Below, piece after piece: positions 38,251-52,965 of a stretch of 64,000 nt of DNA. How positions within the stretch are numbered: the stretch's first letter is position 1; the number at the start of each line of letters is the position of its first letter. The translations under genes and the position numbers were made by a program. This DNA comes from Octopus vulgaris (lineage: Eukaryota). The notes under the pieces are model-generated. The model made no database searches. It was not told the origin of the DNA and was given only the letters and a program-made list of their open reading frames with translations. The stretch is from positions 46,624,001-46,688,000 of the forward strand of contig OX597834.1 of NCBI GenBank assembly GCA_951406725.2. The letters are read 5' to 3'.

Positions 38251-38604
38251 CTTGACGAGTCAGCTCTACCTGCCCTCATGAGTAGGAGTGGAGGAGGTGA
38301 TTTCTCTGGCCATACACACACATTCACACACGCACACTCACATACATACACATTCACACTTACACACGCTCGCTCACATACACCTACACTCACACATGCA
38401 AACACTCAAGCACGCACAAACACACATAGGAGAGAGAAGGGACAGAAAGAGAGAGAGAGAGTGTGTGTACAGTTTACTTAGTCATATAGTCATAGCGCCG
38501 ACTACTTGTTGATTCGTTGTGCACTCTCAGTCATTAAACATGTCGATGAGGTGAACAAAAGCTACTGTTTAAGTCCAAATACATTTGTTATATATAAAGA
38601 TATA

Positions 38605-38748
38605 TAGCTTGCTTACCAACCACATGGTTCCGGGTTCAGTCTCACTGCTTGGCACCTTGGGCAAATGTCTTCTGCTATAGCCTCGGGCCGACCAAAGCCT
38701 TGTGAGTGGATTTGGTAGCCGGAAACTGAAAAAAGCCCATGGTATATA

Positions 38749-38790
<42 letters not shown>

Positions 38791-38973
38791 CTCCCCAACA
38801 TCGCTTGACAACCGATGCTGGTGTATTTCCGTCCCCGTAACTTAGCGGTTCGGCAAAAGAGACCGATAGAATAAGTACTAGGCTTACAAAGAATAAGTCC
38901 TGTGGTCGATTTGCTCGACTAAAGGCAGTGCTCCAGCATGGCCACAGTCAAATGACTGAAGCAAGTAAAAGAG

Positions 38974-38975
<2 letters not shown>
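38605..38975 (+). mobile_element. SINE family A
   Basis: Matches 36385-36790 minus the first ~20 nt. Confidence 0.9.
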
Positions 38976-39028
<53 letters not shown>

Positions 39029-39099
39029 CGCCTAATAATAATACTTTAATTGTTCCACCTCCCTGTGTTGTTGTTTTTTCTGTTTTCTCGTTTGGATTA

Positions 39100-39149
<50 letters not shown>

Positions 39150-39399
39150 CATACATATATACATACATCTATGTACATTTGTGCGTGTGTATATGAGTGT
39201 GTGAATGTATGTATGCAAAGTATCGGGAATTTTTCAGCTTGATCACGTGTGTATAAAGACACGTGTATATATGAAACTGCAAGTAAGAATGGAGTGGAGG
39301 CTCAGCTGTTAGCTAAGAAATGGAGATATTCTATACAATGCAATGACTCTTCTCAATTCTTCCGTTTCCTCATACATACATAGACATTCACACATACAC

Positions 39400-40184
39400 A
39401 AGCATACACACACATGTTTATATATATATATATACACGCATCAAAAGAAACATCGAATTGGCAGGTTAGTGATTCTCTTCGTTTTCTTATCATGACGATG
39501 ATGGTGGTGATGATGATGATGACGACGACGACGACGACGACGATGATAATGATGGTTGTGATAGTGGTTATAATGATGGTGGTGATGACAGAAACGATGA
39601 TGATGATGATGAAGACGATCGTGATGGTGACAGTGTGATGCCGATGGCGGTGCGGATGCTGATGGCGATGTTATTTCCATGTCAGTGGTTTTCGATAACG
39701 TTTAAGCGAGATCGTGTCTCTTGGTGGAATTAGTGAAAATACTCTCTCCCTCTTTCTCTTCATCTATCTTTCTCTCTTTTATTTCTGCCTACCTCTCCTC
39801 ATCCCTCTCTCTTTCTTTCATCTATCTTACTCTCTCTCTCTGTCTGCCTATTCAAGTGATTCACTCTTACTATCCTTCCCCGTTAATATTACTTACCCTG
39901 TCTCTCTCTAACTTATACACTTGCTCAGTTGTTTTCTCCCCACCACCTCTGTATATATATATATTTATATATACACACACATTCGCTTTAAATCGCCAAT
40001 ATTTACAATACCGCACACACACACAGAGAATAGCAGGTAGACAAACATAAGCGTATCGGCACAATATTTCTTACTATATTATGCGCACACTCCTTTCTCT
40101 CTCTCTCTCTCTCACTCACTCACTCGTTGATTTTCTTCCTCTCTGTCTGTCTATCTTTCTCTCTCCGTCTTTCTGTCTCTTTTG

Positions 40185-40221
<37 letters not shown>

Positions 40222-40982
40222 CAGATACACAAACACACGCACACAATCACACATACACACACACATACGCACGCAAACTAACCCCTTCTTGTCTTCTCTC
40301 TTCCCCCGTTCTCTGACTCTCCCCCTCTCTCTTTGTCTATCTTTATCTTTTCCCCTCTCTCTCTCGATCCATCCAGTTTCACTTAAGTCTCAATCATTCC
40401 CTCACTAATCCACTCTATCTCTCTCTCTCTCTCACACACTCTCTCTTCCTTCCACTCTCTTTTCTCTCTCTCCCTCTTACTTCCACTTAAGCCTATATCA
40501 CTCCCGCGCAAATTTTCTCTCTTTCTCTCTCACACACCCACTCTCTCTTCTCTATCCCTCCCACTCTCTCTGTCACTCTCATGTTCCATCCATCGTTTCG
40601 CTTTAGTCTCACTCACTCCCGCGCCGATTCACTCTCTTCCTTATTCTCTCGCCACACTCTCTCTCTCCATCTGCCTCTCGATCTATATCATACTACCTGC
40701 TTGTCACCTGTCACCACTAGAGAAGTCACACCTACTATATACAACCCCTGCTGGATGTAGACAAGAGTAAGTCTACAGAACAGCCCCCAACCCCTTCGAA
40801 ACAGGAGTACAAGTGCCAGTGAGGGAGGATTCCATTTGGCCCCACAACACTCACCTTCATTCTTTTTCTCTCTCACTCTTCTCTTCTCCGATGGAAATTC
40901 AAGGTATCTATATATCTATATATCATTATATTATATATTTCTGTTTATTCATATAGAAGCAGAGAAGATATGAGAATACACA

Positions 40983-41022
<40 letters not shown>

Positions 41023-41536
41023 AACACTTGATATATGATGAGCATTGAAAACATAACAACATATATATACACACACACAAGATACAATACTATATATGTA
41101 TATGTATCAATGTGTCCATATATATGTGTGTGTGTATGTGTTTATATACACACATACATACACGTGTGTATGCATTTATCCTTAATTATATTATGTCTAA
41201 TTATATTATATTATGTCTAATAGATTTTCAGTTATGGTTAGTATTATGTATACATACTGCCACACTCATTTCTTTATATATACACCCATCACATATTTAT
41301 GTATCACTTATTTATATACACACAGTATGTTTATGTGTACATGTATATATATATATATGTGTGTGTGTGTATGTATGTATGTCGGCGTTTGAGTATCCGT
41401 TATGTTTATAGTGTTTCGTGTCTATTTATATCTATATCTACGTCTTAAGAGTGTATATATTTCTATCTACATGGAGAATGTGTTTTGACTATAATTAAAT
41501 ATATCTGTACGTGGGTGGGAATGTATGTATTATTTT

Positions 41537-41575
<39 letters not shown>

Positions 41576-42659
41576 GTTCTGTTTATATCAATGTATATTG
41601 TATAGACAACATACACGCAGAACATGAGTATAGATAGAGAGATGGATGTGTTAGGGTGCGTGTTGTGTGTAAGATTCGGATATATACATTTATTATTACA
41701 TTGCAATTTTGATGTATTTATAGTCAGTGCACATGAATGTGTGTATGTATTTAGGAGGTACGTAGGTATATATGTAGGCATGTATGTATGTATAAATATG
41801 TGTGTGTTAAAACAGCGTATCCTGTGTATATGCATACATATTAGATACATAGATAGTTACGGTTAGATATATGTCTCATTTTATATATATATGTATACAC
41901 ATACATATTTATACACACACGGACATATGTGTCTGCGTGGATGTATACATTTTACATAGATGCATTTCCTTATTCGTTACCCTCCAGTCTGTTTTTATGG
42001 AGTATATCAATATTTATTGTATCTGTGTTTGTATTAAACGAAGTATGTATATAAAGGTGTGTATACATACATACATTCATGTATATATGTATGTACACAC
42101 ACGTGTATGTATGCGTGTTTATATATGTTCAAGAGGGATAAATTCATTTAAAGCATGTTTTCTATGTCTATATACGCACTACCACACGCCTATACACACA
42201 CATGTATGTATATGTGCATATATGTATGTATAATATATAGGTGTGTTTATATATAGTATGGTGAATATATGTCTAAACATTTGTAAATATTTATATATTC
42301 CATATCGTTGTTGTGCTGTGGAATTAAAATTGTTATTCTCTGCAGCACATATTGTGTGTGTGCGGGTGTATATAAAACATGGGTTATATAAGTTGCATAT
42401 TTTTGCGTGGTTTTTCAGTGTCTGCGTATATATGTGTGTGTGTGTATACACATACACGAATATTTACATATTCATATACACACACATGTATATAATATTG
42501 ACCATACATGTTTATAAATCATATACACACACCGTATATGTGTGTCTGTGTATACACACCGTTTCTCTCTCTCTCATTCCTCTTTTCCTTCCTTCTATCG
42601 CTTCACCTCCCTCTACCTTTCGCTCTCTCTCATAGTTTCTTTATATTACACTTTACTCC

Positions 42660-42696
<37 letters not shown>

Positions 42697-43017
42697 CCAT
42701 CATTCTTTCCCCATGTTATTCTCCACCTGGCTCTCCCCTTCCTCTTTCTGTTCTCCTTTCCTTCTCTATCACTCTTCTCCCCACCTTCCTCTCTATCCCC
42801 CTCTCTCTTTCTACATCAATGCCTCTACCCATTCCTCTCGTTTTCCTTCAATCTCCCAACCTACCTATATCGATCGATCGATCAGTTGTTACTCTCTTAC
42901 TCTCCTCCTCCCCACTTCCTCTTCTCGCCCCATCAACCTTCTCCAGCTCTCTAGACTTCCTCTTACACCCTGATTCTCTCTGTCTACCTATTCGTCCGTC
43001 CAGCCAGCCATCTATCC

Positions 43018-43052
<35 letters not shown>

Positions 43053-43071
43053 CAACTATCTCTCTATCTCT

Positions 43072-43145
<74 letters not shown>

Positions 43146-43496
43146 CTCTATCTATCTATCCATCTCTCTATCTATCTCTCTATCTATCTATCTATCTATC
43201 TATCTCTCTCTCTATCTATCTCTCTATCTAAATCAATTCACTCTATCTACTAAATTTTTCTTTCCACAAACATATTTCTTCTCGTCTTCTTTCTCTTTCA
43301 TTCCCATCACTTCTCTGTCTCTCGCCTTCTTTCCTCTCTCTCTCTACGTGTTTACTGTATCTTCCTCACCCCCAGTTGTCATTCAACTTGAACGAAATGT
43401 AAACACACAACACAGTCTGACCTTAACATTGTTTCTTTCAATATATATATATATTGTGTGTGTGTGTTCATATGTATGTATAGAGATTCATATATA

Positions 43497-43544
<48 letters not shown>

Positions 43545-43740
43545 TGTATGTGTGTGGGGATATATGCATGTATAGATATGTATGTACGCATGACTATTTA
43601 TATATGTTTGAATGTGTGTGTGTGTACATGTAAAGTGCGTGTGTTTATGTACGTACAGACCTATGTATGTGTATGTACTTTAGTATACGGGTATATGTAT
43701 ACACATTCACACGCGCGCTGGTACTTGATATACACCAGTG
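39400..43740. repeat. Low-complexity region: (GAT)n, CT-rich tracts, decayed (TA)/(TG), (CTAT)n
   Basis: Directly visible; no coding motifs. Confidence 0.8.
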
Positions 43741-44564
43741 TTTGATGTATACAGGATCATACAATCATATATGTAAATTTGGCATATGTACGGTATACAT
43801 CATTGTACATCCGAACCCCGGTTTCGTTCCATCAGCATGCGAGCCCTGATGCAACATGGAGAACGAACATGCTTTCTTCTACAATCCATCTGAGAGACCT
43901 GTTGAAGGAAACTTCAGATCTGGAGGAAGGTTTATTTATCTTAGAGGCGACCAAAACCCATAGGAAACGTTTGAGATCACGTAGCCTTGTTAGAAATAGC
44001 TGGTAAATTCCCCTCGTTACATTGTAAAAAATAAGAAATTGCATGTAAAATTGGTGTGTATGTGTGTGTGGTCGGGGATAAGTGATGAATGGAGGAATGC
44101 TTTTTATGTTGTTTCATTTCTCTGTTTCGTTGTTCGAAAAAAAAGTTCGTTTTCTGGTTTTGTTCTCGTTTCTCATTCTGTTCACTTTTTTTTTTTTTTT
44201 GATGTCCCGTACTCATATATTTATCTGTAAATATAATATGGGACAATTATACAGTTGCCATAATAAAACTCCGAATTTCGGATGTCGGAAATCCACGCCG
44301 GCATCTCTTCAGTTATCGGGCCATCAATATATATATATATATATATATATAGATGAATTATGAATGAAGCTGACTTTGGGACCTGACACAGCTGTACAAC
44401 TCCTCGGACCTTGTCGAGCCATCCAACTAATGTGAGCATGCGAAAAACAAACGTTGGGTGGTGGTGGTGGTGGTAGTTAAAAATATGTTTAAATGTAAAT
44501 ATACATACATTATACATACATACACAGAGAGGAGAGAACAAGTCAAAGATGTTTGTGTGTATTC

Positions 44565-44609
<45 letters not shown>

Positions 44610-45879
44610 CATATGAGAACATTAAATTGTATGTATGTATGTATAAACATGATCTATCCTCACGTGTAAATGTGATCAGAGAAATTATCAGCCTGTCTTA
44701 AGCATTGCTATTTTAGAGTTTTCCAAGCATTGATTCCATTCCTGGAGATCTTATTTACATAGATACACACTTTCTCATTCCCCTCTCTTTTTCGCTTACT
44801 TCTCCCTCATCGCCTCCTCTTCTTCTCACACCTCTCTTTCTCCCCCACTCTTCGATTACTTTAAACTCCCATCTGTATCAGTCATGTTATATCAATAATT
44901 CATATAACACACACACATAGATATATAGATAAATACATATGTATACATGTATGTATGCATATGTGTGTGTACTATATATATAAATTTGTGTGTGTGTGAA
45001 ACCAAGTTGCAAGTCAGACGTCTCCCTGACCGATTTTCATTCGATGTCCGTCCGTGTGGATGTTCCTTCATTAAAATCACATTGAGGACATCCATTCGCC
45101 CGGATAAACACAAAAAAACCCACATGTTTGTATAGGTTTGGTCTTGAGCTTCTTAAGTAGGGAAATCATCAGAATCATTGACATCTTCATCATCATCGCC
45201 ATCATTATTATCTTTGTCGTCGTCATTATTATCTTGGTTATTATTTCTCTATTAGTTCTACTTGTTCTGAGTTCTAATCCTGCCAAGGTCAGTTATACTT
45301 TTCATTCCTCTGTGGTTGATAAAATAAAGTATTTGTCAAGTACTTGAGTTGATAGGTTCTATTAATCCCCTCCACACAAAATTTCTAGCCTGATGCCAAA
45401 ATCAGAAACCATTATTATAGTTGTTGATGTTCTGCTGATGTCAGCTTTGCCTTCTTTTCCTCCTTTTGGGGTTGACAAAAGCAGTATGAGTTGTTCACTG
45501 GAGTCAATGAGACTGATTTACACCCCACTACAACATTTCAGGCCTTGTGTCTCTAGTAGAAAGAATTATTATTGCCACGCTGGACGGAATGCTTAACGAT
45601 ATTTCGCCCATCGTTATGTTCTGAGTTCAAACTCCACCGAGGTCGACTTTGCCTTTCATCCTTTTGGGTTCAATAAATTAAGTACCAGTTGTGTACTGGG
45701 GTTGATGTAATTGACTTAATCCCTTTGTCTGTCCTTGTTTGTCTGCTCTATATTTAGCCCCTTGTGGGCAGTAAAGAAATAAGTACCAGTAACACACTGT
45801 ATTCAATTCACTCCACTTGCACCCTACCCCAAAATTTCAAGTCTTGCACCTAGAGTAGGAAGAATTATTATTATTATTA

Positions 45880-46328
45880 TTTCCTTCTTACTTCAAATTT
45901 TCTTCCGTTTCAGGGCAGAGAAGCTCATTGTATGTATTCCCAGATTACACGCGCAAATTCACAGATAAAATATGTATTTAAAAATTAATAAATAAATAAA
46001 TTCATGGATGGATGTTATTTTCACAGCGATAGTGCTCTTCTCAGTACATGAGCCGTTCCAGTTAATACGATTTTTTGCACTTCTTGTAGGGATGGTTAGC
46101 CTGGAATCATTTTCAAATAGGTTTCAGTACCTTTTTTTATCATTCCTAGAGATCCTACAATCACTGGTACTGTAGTCGCCTTGAGATGCCACATTTTTTC
46201 AATTTCTATTAGCAAGTCTTTATATTTACTAATCTTGTCAAATTCTTTCGCCGCTATATTGTAATCACAGGGAATAATCATGTCAATTAATAAACACATC
46301 CTTTTTGTTTGGTGCGTGTGTTTCTGGT
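45880..46328 (-). pseudogene. R4/Dong LINE 3' fragment (restriction-like endonuclease)
   Basis: CLLIDMIIPCDYNIAAKEFDKISKYKDLLIEIEKMW..VPVIVGSLG; (TAA)n on both sides. Confidence 0.85.
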
Positions 46329-47094
46329 TTATTATTATTATTATTATTGCAGCGAGCTGGCAGAATAGTTGACACGAAATGCTTAGCGGTATATCGTCTG
46401 TCTTCCCTTTGTGAGTTCAAATGCCGCTGGAGTTGATTTTTGCCTTTCATCCTTTCGGGGTTGATAAATTAAGTACCAGTTGTGTATTGGGATCGATGTA
46501 ATCAACTTAATCCTTTCTCCCAAATTTGAGGGCTTGTGCTTCCAGTAGAAAAGGATTATTGTTGTTGTTGTTGTTGTTGTTTTATTATTATTATTAAGAT
46601 GGTGAGCTGGCAGAAGTGATGCTGTACCAGAGAAAATGCTTAGTAGCATTTCTTCCATCTTTACCTTCCAAGTTCAAATCCCACCAAGGTCGACTTTGTC
46701 TTTCATCCTTTTAGGGGTCGATGAAATAAGTACCAGCTGAACAGCAAGGCCAATAAATCAATTGACCACCTCCCCTGAACTTACTGGCCTTGTGCCAGAA
46801 TGTGAAACCAATATTTATTCCTTTTGAAGGCTGCTGAGCTGGCAGAATCGTTACCACACCAGACGAAATGCTTAGCGGTATTTCCCCTGTTGCTTTGTTC
46901 TGAGTTCAAATTCCAAGTTGACTTTGCCTTTCATCCTTTCGAGGTCAATAAATTAAGTACCAGATGCATACTGGAGTCAATCTAATCGACCCCCCCTTCC
47001 CCAAAATTTAAAGCCTTGTGCCTAGAATAAAAAAGGATTACTGAGACAGAAAGTTGGCAGATTGTTATCACATCAGATAAAATACTTACTCTCT

Positions 47095-47470
47095 CGTTAC
47101 TCTTTTACTTGTTTCAGTCATTTGACTGTGGCCATGCTGGAGCACCGCCTTTAGTCGAGCAGATCAACCCCAGGACTTATTCTTTGTAAGCCTAGTACTT
47201 ATTCTATCGGTCTCTTATGCTGAACCGCTAAGTTACGGGGATATAAACACACCAGCATCTGTCGTCAAGTGATGTGGGGACAAACACAAACATATACACA
47301 CACACACACATATATACAATGGACTTCTTTCAGTTTCCATATACCAAATCCACTCACAAGGCTTTGGTTGGCTCAAGGCTATAGTAGAAGACACTTACCG
47401 AAGGTGCCACACAGTGGGACTGAACCCAGAACCATGTGGTTGGTAAGCAACCACACAGCCACACCTGTGC
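47095..47470 (-). mobile_element. SINE family A nested in a family B SINE
   Basis: Reverse complement of the family A sequence. Confidence 0.88.
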
Positions 47471-47847
47471 CTTTGTGAAATTTCTTCTGGTTCTTTACAT
47501 TCTGAGTTCAAATTCCACTAATGTTGATTTTTGCCTGTCGTCCTTTTGGAGTTCATAAACAGCACCAGTCAAGAATTGAGGTCAATACAGTCAACTAACC
47601 CCACCCCCCTCCTCAAAATTGTTGACATCTCATCTCATCTTCTTCGCCCACTTAATTCTGAGAGGGTCATGGGAACAGAGTCCTCATGCATGCCCTCCAG
47701 ATGGTCAAGTATGGTTATTACTGACCTTGTGTCAAAATTTGGAACATTTATTATTATTATTGTTATTATTATTGGGCTGGTATAATTGTTATTATGTTAG
47801 ATAGAATGCTTAGTAGCATTTAATGTGGCTTTACATTGGAAGTAGTG

Positions 47848-48405
47848 ATGGTGCGTGGCTTAGTGGTTAGGGTATTCCACTCACAATATTAAGGTTGTGA
47901 GTTCAATTCCTGATGGCACATTGTGTTCTTGAGCAAAACGTTTTATTTCACATTTTTTAAAATTACTTTATTGCCCACAGGGGCTAAACACAGAGGGGAT
48001 AAACAAGGACAGACAAAGGGATTAAGTCAATTACATCGACACCAGTGCATAACTGGTACTTAGTTAATTGACCCTGGAAAGATGAAAGGCAAAGTTGACC
48101 TCGGCAGAATTTGATCTCAGAATGTGACGACAGAATGGTAAGCATGCTAACCATTCTGCCAGTTCACAACCCTCACTTCATTTCCCATTGCTCCAGTCCA
48201 TTCGGCTGGCAATAATGAGTTGTACCTGTAATTCACAAGGGGCCAGCCTTGTCACACTCTGTGTCACGCTGAATCTCCCTGAGAACTATGTTAAGGGTAC
48301 ACGTGTCTGTGGTGTACACAGCCACGATAATTTCATAAGCAAGCTGTTTTGTTGATTGGGATTCACTGGAACCCTCATTGTCATAACAGACAGAGTGCCA
48401 TACAT
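47848..48405 (+). mobile_element. tRNA-derived SINE (family D head) interrupted by an inverted family B SINE (47963-48172)
   Basis: TGGCTTAGTGGTTAGG..GAGTTCAATTCC head; sequence resumes at about 48174; related copies at 50060-50288 (-), 52980-53275 (+) and 56400-56680 (-). Confidence 0.75.
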
Positions 48406-49356
48406 TGTAGGTTCAAATACCATTGAGGTCAAATTTACCATTCATATTTTAGAGGTCAATAAAATGAAATGCCCATCAAGTACTGAAATTCATATCAACA
48501 AACCCTCTCCTACTAAAATTTCTGGCCTTGTGCTAATATTCGAAACCATTATTACATAATGTTGCTATTATTATTATTATTATTGAGAGAACTGCACTTG
48601 CCATCAAAGTGACACTGGGGTACAGATATGCAAAGCCTAATATACCCATCATGACTACCTGTCTGATAAGGGTACACCAGGCACATGCATCACAACCATA
48701 TGTGCGCGACATGGTGATCTCATATCAAGATAAACAGCACATGACCTTGCGGGTGGGGCCAGTGAGAATTTCCTTCAGGTCAAGGAGTCCATCCTGCTCC
48801 AAAGGTCCCTGAATAAGGTTTGTTTAAGGATGTTTTAATGACACACTTGTGTTTCCAAAGGCGAATTATTCAAACCCCTAAGAATTCCTCTCATTACATG
48901 GCTATGATGCTTCCCCACTACTTCTGCTCGTGATCAGAGATGCACATATCGTCAGCCACTAAGGGACATGCTCAACTGGTTAAGGTCAAACAACTGACAA
49001 ACAAATCTGTGGTATTGAGCAGAATATTTGTTGTAGCCCATCTTTTATACCAAGACAAATCATGTACATGATAACACTTCCAACCAGTTAAACCTTGAGG
49101 GCATTATTATTATTATTATTATTAAGGTGGTGAGCTGGCAGAATGGTTAGCACGCTAGGCGAAATGCTTAACAGTATTTCATTTGCCACAATATTATGAG
49201 TTCAATTCCACCTAGGTTGGACTTTGACTTTCATCCTTTCAGGGTCAATAAATTAAATACCAGTGAAACACTGGGGTCAATGTAATCAATTAGTTCCCTC
49301 CCCCAAAATGTCAAGGCCTTGTGCTTTCAGTAGAAAGGATCATTATTATTATTTTA

Positions 49357-49760
49357 TTGTCTTTGCACAGCTTCTAATGTACTTAGTTCACTACCAGTGA
49401 ACTAAGGTAACGCCCCTTATTTTTCGAGCACCATCCAGAATATTCAAGCGGTTCCAAGCAGTACTGTTTTCTGTAAGTGCTCCACCTTTATTGCAGACCC
49501 TATTTGTTCCATGTACTTCTCAAGACTTTTGCTCAGTTCCCAGGGCTCCAATAATTATTGGTACTACTACCACCTTTTTCAGTGACCACAACTGCTTAAC
49601 ATTCCAAGCTAACCTGGCATATCTTTTGTCTTTTCTTTCCTCCTGATCGCATCCCTTGTTGTCAGCTGGGCATGCTATATCTATGACCCAGCATCGTTTG
49701 CTTTCTTTCTCAGTTAACACTATGTCTGGTTTCTCTATCTCACGGTCGCACTGAATCATA
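49357..49760 (-). pseudogene. Second R4/Dong LINE 3' fragment (different subfamily)
   Basis: MIQCDREIEKPDIVL..CWVIDIACPAD..KRYARLAW..VVPIIIGALG; (TAA)n on both sides. Confidence 0.85.
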
Positions 49761-49956
49761 TTATTATTATTATTATTATTTCTTCCATACATTTACACTC
49801 TGACTTGACATTCCACCAAGGTCAACTTTACCATTCATCTCTCCAGACTTGATAACACAAAGTTCCTGTCAAGTAATGGAGTTGCTGGTTTTTATTAATA
49901 CCCTTCCCTCAAAATTGTTGGCTTTATGCCTAAATCAGGAGACATTATTATTGAAG

Positions 49957-51185
49957 AACTGGGATAAAGTGATGGGCTGAGTGGCCAGTCTCACCCAGAA
50001 ATGGGCCTAAAGAGAGCTATCTCTGAAAGGATGAGCAATAAAGTAAGTAAATTTACTTTCTCGAGACATACTGACTAATAAGGGCCGGTTTCCTGATTTC
50101 ATGGTATATATATTCACTGCCTGGACGGGACGCCAGTCCATCGCAGGATTACTCGTTTTTGCCAGCTGAGTGAACTGGAGCAATGTGAAATGAAGTGGTT
50201 TGCTCAAGAACACAATGCTTTGCCTGGTCCAAGAATTGAAACCACAATCTTATGATCATGAGCCCAAAGCCCTAACCACTAAGCCATGCAGAGGTGGTGA
50301 ATGCTTACACTGCCTTTTATATATTACCCCGTGACCATCATGCCTTACCCCAATCTATATCTGGCTGGACTGAAGCACCTGCTCTTCTATTTTCTGATAG
50401 GATGGAATGCATTCTACTGGTCAGGCATTCTTTTTTTGTTTTTCAACACCCACTAAGTTGAGGACTGGGAATGCCATGGTTGATGATATGCAGACATGCA
50501 CTGAGACTACAACATCTCCAGTGTTTCTTCAACAGCAAGCACCATTGCTCATCACTTTGATTGAGCTGCACTCTGGATCAAGGTAGATCAAGGCAGGACA
50601 CTTGGCATGTTCAGTGTCTTCAAGAACTCATAGCCTTCAGCCAGTTGGACAATGCAGTTTGGCTTTCTATTGGGTTTTAGAGGTGAACATGAGTGACAAC
50701 ATTCATGGGGAGACTCTTCATGTCAATGAGAATCAACTGACCGGTCTATTCCAGAAGAATTTCTGCTCATGGTCCTTGGATAATTCTCAGAAATCTCTGG
50801 CATGGCAGTGCTATTAAGGAGCACTGCTAGTTCAAGATAAACTTGAACAGACATAGAAGTGCTGTTAACCAGGCCTGCTCAATGTGTATGCTGAGCAACA
50901 AAATTATTTTGCATGCATTTGTCCTGTGTCTGAGTATTGCTGACTTACAGACTCATGTTGAATGCCTGCTATTGTATGTAGAACAGGTCAAGATATATCA
51001 GCTGAGTTGTCCACTCCCTTCCTTTGGCCTGAAAGGACGGGGAGTGTTTATCTGTCTAATGTCCTTTGCAAAAATGGTTGTGTGGTGATGAGATTAAAAG
51101 GGCTGCAGACAGAGGCATTCCTCTTTGGTCAAGTCCTCATCAACTTTTTAATTTTGATTTGAAAAGGAAAATGAGGCTGGAGCAG
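49957..51185 (+). pseudogene. Old Tx1-clade ORF2 C-terminal fragment interrupted by a SINE (about 50040-50288)
   Basis: NWDKVM..VASLTQKW..LSLKG / AEVV and LDNSQKSLAWQCY, ILHAFVLC align with NWSEVANKVTALTQTW..LSLLGKAEVV and LDNYQKSLAWQCF, VLHAFVEC of the 6332-7534 ORF. Confidence 0.85.
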
Positions 51186-51299
51186 GGTCGATAAAATAGG
51201 TATCAGTTAAGCACTAGGGTTGATATAATCGACTTAACCCCTCCCCCGCCAAAATTGTGCCTAAAATTTCAATCAGTATATTAGTATGTATACATATAT

Positions 51300-52375
51300 T
51301 ACTCTTTTCTCTGCTTCAGTCATTTGACTGTGGACATGCTGGGGCACCACTTAAAAGGGGGTTAGCCAAAGAAATCGCCCCAAGGACTTATTCTTTGTAA
51401 GCCTAGTACTTATTCTATCAGTCTCTTTTACCAAACTGCTAAGTTACAGGTACATGAACACACCAGCATCGGTTGTGAAGTGATGGGGGTGGGGGACAAA
51501 CACGAGCACATACACACATTCTCTCTCACATGCACACACTCACACACAAGCACACTCACACACAAGCACACTCACACACACAAATATATATATATATATA
51601 TATATATATTGTAACCAGTCCACTTATGCGTGCTTTTTCTTCATTGGACATTAAACTCTGCTTGTGAAGACCAGTTGAGGCAAGTGAAATCGAAGTCGAA
51701 ATCAAACTCGGTAACTGGTATCCGCTGCTAGTGGAGCGCTAAGAGTACCATACGAGTGAGATCGTTGCCAGAGCAACAAGCTGGCCTTCGTGCTGATGGC
51801 ACATTAAACACACCATTCGAGCTTGATCATTACCACGTCACCTTACTAGCACTTGTGCTGATGGCACGTGAAACATTCGAGCAAGGTCGTTGCCAGTGCC
51901 GCTGGACTGGCTCCTGTGCAGGTGGCACATAAAAAGCACCATTTGGATGTGGCCGTTGCCAATACAACCAAACTGGCTCTCGTGCCAGTGGCACATAAAA
52001 GCACCCACTACACTCTCGGAGTGGTTGGCGTTAGGAAGGGCATCCAGCTGTAGAAACTCTGCCAGATCAGATTGGAGTTTGGTTCGCCAGACCTCAGTCA
52101 AATCGTCCAACCCATGCTAGCATGGAAAGCAGATGTTAAATGATGATGATGAGGATGTATATATATGAAGGGCTTCTTTCAGTTTCTGTCTACCAAATCC
52201 ACTTACACACACACACACGCAACAGACTTCCACAGGGTTTCTGTCTACCAAATCTGCTCACAAGGCTTTGGTTGACCTGAAGTTAAACTAGAAGAAACTT
52301 ACCCAAGGTGCCATGCAGTGAGACTGAACCCAAAACCATGTAGTTGGGAAGCAAATCTCTTGACCACACACCCAT
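51300..52375. mobile_element. Family A SINE (-) with an RTE 3' UTR fragment (+, about 51610-52155) inserted in its internal microsatellite
   Basis: SINE halves at 51300-51510 and 52165-52375; the middle matches 60260-60833. Confidence 0.8.
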
Positions 52376-52887
52376 ATCTGCCCTACCATACCTCTCTCTT
52401 TCTTTCTCTATCACTTACACACACACACATACATAATCACATGGAGAGGAGACATTTGTAAAGCACCTTTCAATGAAACATAAAGCTGAGCTATGAATGG
52501 ATGAAAGCCACAGATGTTAAAGAGAAAGACAATGAAGGCTAGATCCTATTTTAGGATGCTAAAGAATTTGATGAAGGAGGCCATGTGGCTGCTATTCAGA
52601 AGTACATTGATCCTGTAATGCAAACCTCCCTTTGTTGGCAATATTCCTGCAATATTTCTTATGGAACATGATACCAAAGTACTTCAGTCTCGCCATATTC
52701 ATTTCAGACATTGTGTGCGATCTTAGTCAGCTGCATAGAGGTTTTGTTTCTTTTAATCTGTCGACTGTTTTAGCGAACTACTTGGATCTGTCTGTCTCTT
52801 TCTCTCTCCTTCATTCTTTCCATTGTTTATGTTTCACAACATTTATGTTTTTCTGACTATCCAACTAGCTTTTTGCATGAGTGTAGG

Positions 52888-52965
<78 letters not shown>

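Larger units (their letters stand above)
45260..49950 (+). mobile_element. Cluster of 10 or more co-oriented family B SINEs and fragments separated by (ATT)n tails, with nested insertions
   Basis: Repeated GAGCTGGCAGAA / GAGTTCAAAT / TTTCATCCTTT..GGGTC / AAGTACCAG at about 45262, 45440, 45575, 46350, 46597, 46828, 47480, 48405, 49125 and 49800. Confidence 0.85.

Noticed and set aside
40690-40910. Isolated splice-donor-like motifs (AAG|GTGAGT on -, AAG|GTATCT on +)
   Set aside because: No supporting open exon or matching acceptor; expected by chance.
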